NCBI GenBank assembly: GCA_965246755.1
Contig: OZ251979.1
Span: 385,970-449,969, forward strand
Origin: Alphaproteobacteria bacterium
GTDB lineage: Bacteria; Pseudomonadota; Alphaproteobacteria; UBA11073
Length of the DNA: 64,000 bases
Direction of reading: 5' to 3'
Under the pieces are notes generated by a model that had not been told where the DNA came from, did no database searches, and saw only the letters and a list, made by a program, of their open reading frames with translations. A program made the translations under genes and the position numbers. Position 1 is the first letter of the stretch, and every line of letters starts with the position of its first letter. Positions 19,594-27,911 of the stretch are shown here, one piece after another.

Positions 19594-20258
19594 TCAAAAC
19601 ATTTCTTCAACAAGGCATCAAACGCGCGGCGGCGATGACTGAACTGCTGTTTTTCGACAAAGTCAATTTCAGCAAAGGTTTTGTTGGAGTTTTGCGGCGT
19701 GAAGATTGGATCGTAACCAAAACCTTGCTTGCCGCGTGGCGGCCAGACGATTTCACCATCCACACGTCCCTCCGCAATTTCGACATGCCCGTCCGGCCAG
19801 GCCAGTGCCAGCACGCAAATAAACGCGGCGCTGCGATCCGCAACATCGCCCAATTCATTCTGCACGCGTTGCATGGCGGCCTGGAAGTTTTTGTCGTCGC
19901 CGGCCCAGCGCGCGGAATAGATGCCAGGCGCGCCGTTTAATGCTGTCACCGCCAAACCACTGTCATCCGCCAGCGCAGGATGGCCAGATGCGCTGGCCGC
20001 CGCCTGCGCTTTTAAAATGGCATTATCGGTAAAACTTGCGCCGGTTTCGTCCGGTTCGGGTAAATTCAGATCACCGGCGGAGATGATGTTTGGTATTTTA
20101 TCACCGAACAGATGCGCAAATTCTTTGAGCTTGCCAGCGTTATGTGTGGCAATGACGAGAGTGTCGCTAGTGAAGCGTTTTATTGTGGTTTCCCCCTCTC
20201 CCTTATAGGGAGAGGGTGCCCCTTTAGGGGCGGGTGAGGGGTAAATAAATTGCGCCAT
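19590..20258 (-). CDS. rdgB: Non-canonical purine NTP pyrophosphatase RdgB/HAM1
   Basis: ...LVIATHNAGKLKEF...FGYDPIF motifs. The first ~25 codons (..PSPYKGEGETT..) are encoded by a palindromic repeat, so the true start is uncertain. Confidence 0.85.
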   Translation of the reverse strand: MAQFIYPSPAPKGAPSPYKGEGETTIKRFTSDTLVIATHNAGKLKEFAHLFGDKIPNIISAGDLNLPEPDETGASFTDNAILKAQAAASASGHPALADDSGLAVTALNGAPGIYSARWAGDDKNFQAAMQRVQNELGDVADRSAAFICVLALAWPDGHVEIAEGRVDGEIVWPPRGKQGFGYDPIFTPQNSNKTFAEIDFVEKQQFSHRRRAFDALLKKCFD

Positions 20259-20320
20259 AATTAAACATACCCCTCATCCGGCGCTGCGCGCCACCTTCTC
20301 CCTATAAGGGAGAAGGAAAG
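20190..20320. repeat. Composite palindromic repeat element (nested hairpins)
   Basis: Contains CCCTCTCCCTTATAGGGAGAGGG, GCCCCTTTAGGGGC, TGAGGGGTA...TACCCCTCA and CCTTCTCCCTATAAGGGAGAAGG. It lies between rph and rdgB. A related degenerate copy is at about 48880-48915. Confidence 0.8.
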
Positions 20321-20326
20321 TTTTGC

Positions 20327-21055
20327 TTACGCTTTAAATGTTTGCACCGTCTGTTGCTGCAATACCGAAAGTTCACCAATGCCTTTGCGTGCTAGATTCA
20401 TCAGCGCGTTAAATTCATCCTGGTTAAAGGGATGCACCTCGGCAGTGGCTTGAATTTCCACGATGCCGCCGGAGGCAGTCAAAATAAAATTGGCATCGGT
20501 ATGCGCGGTGCTGTCTTCATTATAATCAAGGTCAAGAAATGGCACGCCGTTGACGATACCGCAGGAAATGGCCGCGACCATGTCTCGCAAGGGCCAGGCC
20601 TTTAATTTACCCGCGGTTTGGAGGCCGGTGCAGGCGGCATGCAGCGCCAGATAACTGCCGGTAATCGCCGCAGTACGCGTGCCGCCATCCGCCTGAATGA
20701 CATCGCAATCCACCTTGATCTGGCGTTCACCCAACAATGTCATATCCATGACGGCACGTAATGAGCGACCGATCAGCCGCTGAATTTCTTGCGTCCGGCC
20801 CGATTGTTTGCCCTTCGCGGCCTCACGGTCCATGCGTTCATGCGTGGAGCGCGGCAGCATACCATATTCAGCCGTGACCCAGCCGGTGCCCTTGCCGCGC
20901 AAAAACGGCGGCACCTTTTCCTCTACACTCGCGGTGCACAATACATGCGTTGCGCCAAATTTCACGAGGCAGGAGCCTTCCGCGTATTTGGAAAAACCCA
21001 TGTCGAAGGAGACGGGGCGCAACGCATCAGCAGCGCGGTCATTGTAACGTGACAT
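20327..21055 (-). CDS. rph: Ribonuclease PH
   Basis: RPVSF...[29 protein letters not shown] and [12 protein letters not shown] motifs. Confidence 0.95.
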   Translation of the reverse strand: MSRYNDRAADALRPVSFDMGFSKYAEGSCLVKFGATHVLCTASVEEKVPPFLRGKGTGWVTAEYGMLPRSTHERMDREAAKGKQSGRTQEIQRLIGRSLRAVMDMTLLGERQIKVDCDVIQADGGTRTAAITGSYLALHAACTGLQTAGKLKAWPLRDMVAAISCGIVNGVPFLDLDYNEDSTAHTDANFILTASGGIVEIQATAEVHPFNQDEFNALMNLARKGIGELSVLQQQTVQTFKA

Positions 21056-22254
21056 TATTTAAATCCTAACTTTTCCATGACAGTGTAAATATCCTTATCG
21101 CCACGGCCTGACAGGTTGATGACGATCAAATGATCCTGCGGCAATTGCGGTGCAATTTTCATGACCTGTGCCACTGCATGCGCGGACTCCAACGCCGGGA
21201 TGATGCCTTCCAATTTGGCGCACAGTTGAAATGCCTCTAATGCTTCATTATCGGTGATTGACACATAATCGACGCGCTTGGTTTCAAACAGATGCGCATG
21301 TTCGGGGCCGATGCCTGGGTAATCCAATCCTGCCGAGATCGAATGCGCCTCGGCAATCTGGCCGTGATCGTCCTGCAGCAGATAGGTTTTATTACCGTGC
21401 AAAATCCCCGGCACGCCGCCGGTCAATGACGCGGCATGTTTGCCGCTATCTACACCATGCCCGCCAGCCTCGACACCGATCATTTTCACATCCGCATCAT
21501 CAATAAAAGGATAAAACAAGCCCATGGCATTGCTGCCGCCGCCGATGGCGGCCACCAGCGTATCAGGCAGGCGGCCCTCGGCCTCTATAATTTGGTCGCG
21601 CGTTTCGTGGCCGATGACAGCCTGAAAATCCCGCACCATCATCGGATACGGGTGCGGCCCCGCAACCGTGCCGATAATGTAAAATGTGTCATGCACATTG
21701 GTGACCCAGTCGCGCATGCCTTCATTCATGGCGTCCTTCAGCGTTGCGGCGCCTGACGTCACCGGCACGACCTCCGCGCCCAATAGTTTCATGCGGAAGA
21801 CATTTGGCTGTTGCCGCGCAATATCTGTTTCGCCCATGTAAATCGTGCAGGGCAGATTAAATAACGCGCAGACGGTGGCGGTCGCGACACCATGCTGCCC
21901 GGCGCCGGTTTCAGCGATGATGCGCGTTTTGCCCATGCGCCGCGCCAGCAAAATTTGCCCCACGCAGTTGTTGATTTTATGAGCGCCGGTGTGATTTAAC
22001 TCTTCACGCTTCAGATAAATTTTGGCGCCGCCCAGATGTTCGGTCAGCCGCTGTGCATAATACAGTGGTGACGGCCGTCCGACATAATATTTCAGATAAT
22101 AATCGAGTTCAGCCTGAAACGCCGGGTCGGCCTTGGCGGCAGCATAGGCCTCACCCACACCCAAAATTAGCGGCATCAGGGTTTCCGCAACATAACGGCC
22201 GCCGAATTCACCGAAATGCCCGGTCTCGCTGGGGTAGGCGTAAGAATTTTTCAT
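21055..22254 (-). CDS. trpB: Tryptophan synthase beta chain
   Basis: HTGAHKINN (PLP lysine) and GGGSNAMG, 399 aa. The stop overlaps the rph start (TAATG). No trpA is adjacent. Confidence 0.95.
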   Translation of the reverse strand: MKNSYAYPSETGHFGEFGGRYVAETLMPLILGVGEAYAAAKADPAFQAELDYYLKYYVGRPSPLYYAQRLTEHLGGAKIYLKREELNHTGAHKINNCVGQILLARRMGKTRIIAETGAGQHGVATATVCALFNLPCTIYMGETDIARQQPNVFRMKLLGAEVVPVTSGAATLKDAMNEGMRDWVTNVHDTFYIIGTVAGPHPYPMMVRDFQAVIGHETRDQIIEAEGRLPDTLVAAIGGGSNAMGLFYPFIDDADVKMIGVEAGGHGVDSGKHAASLTGGVPGILHGNKTYLLQDDHGQIAEAHSISAGLDYPGIGPEHAHLFETKRVDYVSITDNEALEAFQLCAKLEGIIPALESAHAVAQVMKIAPQLPQDHLIVINLSGRGDKDIYTVMEKLGFK

Positions 22255-22328
22255 GGACCTAGGCTTAGCATGAAGATGGCTATTGAGGTCAATTGTTATT
22301 CAAAACTTACGCCGTTATATTACACATC

Positions 22329-23180
22329 ATGACCATGCGACACCTTGCCGTTTTGATTGTCCTGTTTGCCTGCCTGCCGGCATGCGCCCAGGGTTTAAGC
22401 TATAATAACGGCACCGCCGCCGCGCAAAAAGAGGCCTTGCCCACCATTGTTAAAAAAGCGCGTGGCAATGAAAAAAACGAGCGGCCGGACTGGTTCGGGC
22501 TGTTTCATATCTGGACCAAGGATAATGCAACGATTACGCTGAGTGGACTGCGCGATCCGGCCAGCTTTGAAAATCTGGTGCAATTTTACGCGTGCGATTA
22601 CACCCGCGATTTCCGGCATAACGATGTCGTTTGGGCGCAACGGCAAACGGCTATTGTGCAAAAATTCAATACACTGGCTTTAAATCCGCAGCGGCGCTTT
22701 CGTCTGCTCGCGCGCGGTGTCTTAGGTCCCTATGATCAAAGCACGCAAACTTTTGTCTTTGAACCGCTTAAAGGCGCGGCCTATAGCTTTGCCTTTCCAA
22801 CTGATAAAAACTTTGGCATTGAGGATGATTGCCGCATTAATGCCGCCCAACCGCAAGATCCGTGGCCGGCGCAATTTGTCATTACTTTTGGTAATCCGGA
22901 TTTTATTGGCACGCTACCGATGTCTGCCACCAAAGCGGCGGCATTCTTGGATGCTTTGCCCAAAGATAATAAAGGCGAAATTGACCGCCATATTGTTATA
23001 GAAATTGAAATGGAAATTACTGATTTTGCGCCGCTTCGCCCAGATGATGAGGCTATCCGCGCCAAAAAACCGCTGATTATTGAAACGCATGCGGCGGCGC
23101 GGCGGGCGGTGGTTTATGCGGATGCCGAACATCTGCACCCTATCTGGCGCTATGGTTTTACCATGCAATTGCCCCAGTAA
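22329..23180 (+). CDS. Secreted hypothetical protein
   Basis: Signal peptide MTMRHLAVLIVLFACLPACAQG. The start is set at the first ATG because the ORF-track start at 22293 is TTG. Confidence 0.55.
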   Translation: MTMRHLAVLIVLFACLPACAQGLSYNNGTAAAQKEALPTIVKKARGNEKNERPDWFGLFHIWTKDNATITLSGLRDPASFENLVQFYACDYTRDFRHNDVVWAQRQTAIVQKFNTLALNPQRRFRLLARGVLGPYDQSTQTFVFEPLKGAAYSFAFPTDKNFGIEDDCRINAAQPQDPWPAQFVITFGNPDFIGTLPMSATKAAAFLDALPKDNKGEIDRHIVIEIEMEITDFAPLRPDDEAIRAKKPLIIETHAAARRAVVYADAEHLHPIWRYGFTMQLPQ

Positions 23181-23289
23181 CCAGGATTTGGCCGTCAAAA
23201 AGCTTGACGCCCGGCGGCTTTATCCTTAAACATGCGCCTCCCAGCGGCAGGTTCGATCTGTCAGCACCAAGATTACAAAGGATTATTTC

Positions 23290-23568
23290 ATGGCACGCGT
23301 CTGTATGGTCACGAAGAAAAAGCCCCTGGTCGGCAATAACGTGTCCCACGCCAACAACAAAACCAAACGCCGTTTCCTGCCGAATTTGCAGGAGACCAGC
23401 CTCTATTCCGAAAAATTGAAACGGGCGATCCGTTTGAAAGTCTCCGCCAACGGCCTGCGCACGATTGAACACAACGGCGGGTTGGATGCATTTGTGATGT
23501 CAACGCCGGCCAGCAAACTGTCTTGCGTGTTGAAAGCGCTCAAAAAACAGCTGACCAACGCGGCTTAA
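23290..23568 (+). CDS. rpmB: 50S ribosomal protein L28
   Basis: [34 protein letters not shown] signature. Confidence 0.95.
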   Translation: MARVCMVTKKKPLVGNNVSHANNKTKRRFLPNLQETSLYSEKLKRAIRLKVSANGLRTIEHNGGLDAFVMSTPASKLSCVLKALKKQLTNAA

Positions 23569-23572
23569 ACTT

Positions 23573-24088
23573 GTGCCGCTATTTTCGGCGGCACAACTTG
23601 TTGGTTATCTCGCCTATCTAATCACCGTCATTGCCTTTTGGCAAAAACGGGACCAGCGTTTACTGTTGTTAAACGCGGCGGGTGCGACCTGTTTTACTAT
23701 TCACTATATATTATTAGGCGCCACGGTTGGTGCGGCCACTGAAATTTTGGTGGCCTTGCGTTCGGCGGCCTCTGCCTATCCCAGCACTGATCGGCAAAAG
23801 CATCTGTTCGCGGCGCTGTTTACTGTCGGGTTTGTTGCAATCGGTGTGTATTTTTATAAAGCCTGGTATGATGTGGTTTCTGTCGTCACTTGCATCTTGG
23901 CCACTTTTTCGATGATTTATTTGCGCGGCCTGCAGCTGCGGTATGGTATGCTGGTCGTGCTGAGCTGTTGGCTGGTCTATAATTTTTGCGCCGGGTCGGT
24001 CGGCGGTTGTTTGACAGCGATCACGTTGATAGTTGTGCAGCTGGTGACAATTATGAGAATGAAAAAGCAGCTAATCGATATTACTTAA
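23573..24088 (+). CDS. YgjV-like inner membrane protein
   Basis: 171 aa with five or more hydrophobic helices. The N-terminus ...QLVGYLAYLITVIAFWQK resembles the YgjV family. It has a non-ATG start. Confidence 0.45.
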   Translation: MPLFSAAQLVGYLAYLITVIAFWQKRDQRLLLLNAAGATCFTIHYILLGATVGAATEILVALRSAASAYPSTDRQKHLFAALFTVGFVAIGVYFYKAWYDVVSVVTCILATFSMIYLRGLQLRYGMLVVLSCWLVYNFCAGSVGGCLTAITLIVVQLVTIMRMKKQLIDIT

Positions 24089-24101
24089 TAAGAGATGTGC
24101 A

Positions 24102-24539
24102 TTAACCGGCTAAACTCCGCGCCGCATTGCTTGCCAACACATCGACGCGTTCATTCTCGGGATGGCCGTTATGTCCGCGCACCCAGTGCCAGGTGATGGT
24201 ATGCGGCTGGGCCGCCTCCAATAAACCTTCCCAGATTTCTTTGTTGGCGACCGGTTTGCGGTCGGCGGTTTTCCAACCGCGCGCTTTCCACGCCATCACC
24301 CATTCGGTCATGCCGCGGCGCAAATATTCGCTGTCGGTATAAAGGTCAATTTGGCAGGGTTTTTTCAGCGCGCGCAACGCCTCCAAGGCGGCGGTCAGTT
24401 CCATTTTATTATTGGTGGTGTTAAGCGCGCTGCCGGTCAGCTCCTTTTCATGCGCGCCGATGCGTAGCAGCGCGGCCCAGCCGCCGCGGCCGGGATTGCT
24501 CAGGCACGCGCCATCGGTAAAAATAGAAACATGGTCCAT
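24102..24539 (-). CDS. rnhA: Ribonuclease HI
   Basis: [20 protein letters not shown]...TNNKMEL...DSEY...[16 protein letters not shown] motifs. Confidence 0.95.
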   Translation of the reverse strand: MDHVSIFTDGACLSNPGRGGWAALLRIGAHEKELTGSALNTTNNKMELTAALEALRALKKPCQIDLYTDSEYLRRGMTEWVMAWKARGWKTADRKPVANKEIWEGLLEAAQPHTITWHWVRGHNGHPENERVDVLASNAARSLAG

Positions 24540-24544
24540 TGAAA

Positions 24545-24637
24545 ACAGAGGCTAGAAGCTGGAAGCAAGATTGACCAGATAAAATTCATACAAATGCAAG
24601 ATTTTTTCCAGCATCCTGCCTCTAGCCTCCAGCCTCC
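24545..24637. repeat. Imperfect purine-arm / pyrimidine-arm inverted repeat with 7-mer periodicity
   Basis: ACAGAGGCTAGAAGCTGGAAGCAAGA (24545-24570) pairs with TCCTGCCTCTAGCCTCCAGCCTCC (24614-24637). It lies in the divergent rnhA/sspB spacer. Confidence 0.6.
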
Positions 24638-24673
24638 GGGTGGCGTACTTATAAAAACTAAGATTCAAGGGTA

Positions 24674-25270
24674 GTGATGATGGCGGACAATATTTTGCGC
24701 TATGACAAAATGGTTGAAGATGCGTTGCGCGGCGTGGTACGCCAGACGTTAATGCAGGTAATGGAACACGGGTTGCCGGCGGAACATCATTTTTATGTGA
24801 CGTTCGACACCACGCACCGGTTGGTTGAAATTCCCGTTTATTTAAAAGAACGTTATCCGAGCGAGATGACGATTGTCATGCAGCATCAGTTTTATGGACT
24901 GAAAATCACCGATGAGCTGTTTACGGTAACATTGTCCTTCAATAACAATCCTGAACGGCTGGTAGTACCGTTTGAAGCGATCCGGATCTTTGCCGACCCC
25001 TCGGTCAGTTTCGCGCTGCAGTTTGAAAGCGCCTATGAAGAGGACGACAATGACAGCGGCGATGACGATGATGATTTTGATGAAGAAGCGCTGGATGCCT
25101 TGATCGCCGAAACCGAACGCGCGCTGGCCGAACGCGGCAAGCGCAGCGAATTGTCGAAAGAAAAAGGCAGCGCCAAGAAAGAGAAAAAGCCAGTCGCCGG
25201 CGCTGATGATAAACGCGGTGAAGTTGTTTCGCTGGCAGACTTTCGTAAAAAAACGGATAAGGATAAGTAA
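24674..25270 (+). CDS. sspB: ClpXP adaptor SspB-like protein (alphaproteobacterial type)
   Basis: YDKMVEDALRGVVRQ...HHFYVTF N-terminal domain, followed by an acidic linker and a basic C-terminal tail. Confidence 0.7.
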   Translation: MMMADNILRYDKMVEDALRGVVRQTLMQVMEHGLPAEHHFYVTFDTTHRLVEIPVYLKERYPSEMTIVMQHQFYGLKITDELFTVTLSFNNNPERLVVPFEAIRIFADPSVSFALQFESAYEEDDNDSGDDDDDFDEEALDALIAETERALAERGKRSELSKEKGSAKKEKKPVAGADDKRGEVVSLADFRKKTDKDK

Positions 25271-25408
25271 GTGAGCAGACGCGCACAGGAGCAGACGCGC
25301 AGACCCGCCACAGTGTTGTGCTTAAAACATTTTAATAATGCCCTAGGTTCACATTTTAGCAGTGTCGGTGCTGTTGGCTTTTCTCGTCTGCTCCTCTGCT
25401 TGTCTGCT
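25271..25408. repeat. Long-range purine-arm / pyrimidine-arm inverted repeat (GCAGAC-type)
   Basis: GTGAGCAGACGCGCACAGGAGCAGACGCGCAGAC (25271-25304) pairs with TTCTCGTCTGCTCCTCTGCTTGTCTGCT (25381-25408). The word family is the same as the hairpin at 3893-3943. Confidence 0.6.
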
Positions 25409-25443
25409 AATTATATAGTATTATCTTTTATAGGGCGTATTAC

Positions 25444-26397
25444 ATGACCTTGCGCGCAACCATTTTCGGCGGCAGCGGCTTTGTCGGCCGCACTATCGTA
25501 CAGCGGCTGGCGCGTCAGGGTTATGTCATCCGCATTGCCACGCGCAACCCGCAACATGTGCTGTTGGAAAAGACCAGCGGCACAGTGGGCCAGATTGTGC
25601 CTTTTGCCTGTCAGCCCACCGATACGGCGTCGGTCGCGCGCGCGGTAGAGGGCGCTGATTTGGTGATCAATCTTATCGGCACGTTATACGACAGAGGCAA
25701 ACACGGGTTTGATGAAACACATGTGCAAACGGCTGAACGCATTGCCGATGCCGCGCGTGTTGCCGGTGCCGCGCGCTTGCTGCATATGTCAGCCTTGGGT
25801 GCGGATGCCAATGCGCTGTCTAAATATGCGCGCAGTAAGGCAGCTGGCGAAGTCGCAGTACGCAAAGCCTTTCCAACTGTGACGATTTTCCGCCCATCAA
25901 TTATCTTTGGCGCCGGGGACAGCTTTTTCACGCGTTTCGCGCATTTGGGGCAACTGCTGCATTTTTTGCCGCTGATTGGCGGCGGCCGCACCAAATTCCA
26001 GCCAGTTTATGTCGGTGATGTCGCCGATGCCTTTATCAATGCTGCAGCAGATGAAGAGACCAGCGGTCGAACTTACACACTGGTTGGCCCCGGCATTTAT
26101 AGCTTTAAGCAATTATTTGAAACAATGTTGAAAATCACCGGTCAAAGTGTGCGGCTGGTCAATCTGCCCTGGGGTCTTGCGTCATTACAGGCGACGCTGA
26201 TGGAACTGTTACCGCGGCCGATGTTAACGCGTGACCAGGTCGAGAGTTTAAAAACCGATAATATTGCGCCCGCCGGCGCGCCAGGGTTGCAGGAACTCAG
26301 CCTCATGCCAACCGCGCTAGAGGCGATTTTGCCAACCTATTTATCCGCTTGGCAAAACGGCGGCGCTTTCGCCCACATTACGAAGCGCACGGCATGA
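25444..26397 (+). CDS. NAD(P)-binding SDR, complex I NDUFA9-like
   Basis: IFGGSGFVGR Rossmann motif, 317 aa, resembling the alphaproteobacterial NDUFA9-like family. Confidence 0.8.
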   Translation: MTLRATIFGGSGFVGRTIVQRLARQGYVIRIATRNPQHVLLEKTSGTVGQIVPFACQPTDTASVARAVEGADLVINLIGTLYDRGKHGFDETHVQTAERIADAARVAGAARLLHMSALGADANALSKYARSKAAGEVAVRKAFPTVTIFRPSIIFGAGDSFFTRFAHLGQLLHFLPLIGGGRTKFQPVYVGDVADAFINAAADEETSGRTYTLVGPGIYSFKQLFETMLKITGQSVRLVNLPWGLASLQATLMELLPRPMLTRDQVESLKTDNIAPAGAPGLQELSLMPTALEAILPTYLSAWQNGGAFAHITKRTA

Positions 26398-27314
26398 TGC
26401 GTATATCCGGCGCACTGATAATGCGCATATCCGGCGCACTGATAAAGTACATATCTGGTGCACTAGTGATACGTATTGTTGTCAGCGTGTTGACAACGCT
26501 ATGGCTGCTGCAACAACCGGCACTGGCCGCCGGGCCGGATTGGAAAGATTACGGCGCGCTGCAAAAAATTCACGACCTTGGCTATGAAATTACTTTTCTT
26601 GGCAACCAAGATAATTATCAAGGTTGGTTGGCGCAAAAACCGCTGCCGGACGGTCAAATGGATGCTCGAACCTTTTACACGCGCGCCGGCCAGCAAATTG
26701 TCTTAAGCGGTTTGTTGTTTAACAACAACGGCGATAATCTGACCGGTCAGCAGCTGCAAACTGCGCTACAAAACGGCACCATAAAAACAGTCCAGTCGGC
26801 GCCTGCGTCAGCCGTTGCACCACCGGCAGTTACGGCAACCAATAATCATGGCGCACAATTGTATAATGAACTGGGCGCGGCACATACTATCGATTTTGGC
26901 AATAATCCCAAGCTGCCGACACTTTACGCCTTTGTCGATCCGAATTGCCCTTACTGCAAAAAATTCTGGCAGGCGGTTGATATCGCGCAAGGTGCGGGTT
27001 TGAAATTTAACGTTAAGCTCATCGCAGTTGGTATTTTAGGTGATAATAGCGAGGCGCTGGCAGCAGCTATTCTGGCCGCGCCAGACAGCGCCGCGGCCTG
27101 GCGTGCCAATGCAGCTGGCCGGCCGCCCACGTTAATCAGCAATGCGCCGGCGCAAAAAATGGTTAGTGACAACGAAAACATCATGCTGCGCTGGGGGATG
27201 ACCAGCGTGCCGTTTATCGTTTACCGCACACCAACGCATGATGTTAAAATTGTGCGCGGCAATCCAACTGATGTCACCGGCTTGTTGGTCGATTTGGGCG
27301 TTGGTTCCAAATAG
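26394..27314 (+). CDS. Periplasmic thiol:disulfide interchange protein (DsbC/DsbG/TrbB-like), first gene of the pilus-like cluster
   Basis: Thioredoxin-fold active site DPNCPYCKKFW and a signal-peptide-like LWLLQQPALAAG. The ATG at 26394 overlaps the upstream stop (ATGA). The N-terminus is an MRISGALI octapeptide repeated three times. Confidence 0.75.
   Translation: MMRISGALIMRISGALIKYISGALVIRIVVSVLTTLWLLQQPALAAGPDWKDYGALQKIHDLGYEITFLGNQDNYQGWLAQKPLPDGQMDARTFYTRAGQQIVLSGLLFNNNGDNLTGQQLQTALQNGTIKTVQSAPASAVAPPAVTATNNHGAQLYNELGAAHTIDFGNNPKLPTLYAFVDPNCPYCKKFWQAVDIAQGAGLKFNVKLIAVGILGDNSEALAAAILAAPDSAAAWRANAAGRPPTLISNAPAQKMVSDNENIMLRWGMTSVPFIVYRTPTHDVKIVRGNPTDVTGLLVDLGVGSK
26398..26469. repeat. 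In-frame 24-bp tandem repeat x3 (third copy degenerate)
   Basis: ATGCGTATATCCGGCGCACTGATA / ATGCGCATATCCGGCGCACTGATA / AAGTACATATCTGGTGCACTAGTG. The first two units each begin with an in-frame ATG. Confidence 0.9.
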
Positions 27315-27404
27315 CGCGCGCTATGATATGCGTTACGTTTCGTCATTGCCGCGCCCTGGCACTCTATGGGACATTGAAGATGAATGTGAGATGATTCGGG
27401 GGAA

Positions 27405-27911
27405 ATGTTGCATTGCATGATGGGTAGGTTTTACCATCTTTGTCTGTGGATGATTATAACAGTTTTATTAACTGGGCCATCGCTTGCGCAGGATAGTGCT
27501 GCAGTACCCGCGGCAGTCGCCCCAACGGCGGGATCCGCAGTCATAAGCGCGCCAGACGCCGCTAAGCCAGCGGCACCTGCCACTGCGGACAAACCATTGG
27601 AAAATGTGATTACCAATCCGTTTGTATCCGGCGGTGTCGTCGGCAGCGGCCAGGTCATTACACGCGATGAGGTATTAAAGTTGATTGCCGATATGGAAAA
27701 ACGTGTCAAAGCGGATGTCACCCAAGGCATCGATGCCACGCAAGTAAATAGGTTAATCGCGCAGGCGACCACTGCGTCCAACGGGGCGGGCGGCGCCAAT
27801 AATTTTATCGGCTGTGTTAACGGCGTGCCGCTGTACCGCGCCAAGGACGGCTCGCTCAGTTTCGGCGCTGATGAACCGGGCGAACTGCGTTTGTTACGGT
27901 GCCGTAAATAA
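27405..27911 (+). CDS. Secreted protein of the pilus-like cluster (PilM-position; function unknown)
   Basis: Signal peptide ...LLTGPSLAQD, an Ala/Pro-rich linker, and a C-terminal Cys pair (CVNG...LLRCRK). The stop overlaps the secretin start (TAATG). Confidence 0.55.
   Translation: MLHCMMGRFYHLCLWMIITVLLTGPSLAQDSAAVPAAVAPTAGSAVISAPDAAKPAAPATADKPLENVITNPFVSGGVVGSGQVITRDEVLKLIADMEKRVKADVTQGIDATQVNRLIAQATTASNGAGGANNFIGCVNGVPLYRAKDGSLSFGADEPGELRLLRCRK

Noticed and set aside
26398-26469. Possible CRISPR-like or other spaced repeat arrays (also checked for the hairpin families)
   Set aside because: The repeats are directly tandem with no spacers, or are single inverted pairs. No repeat-spacer array and no cas genes are present in the window.
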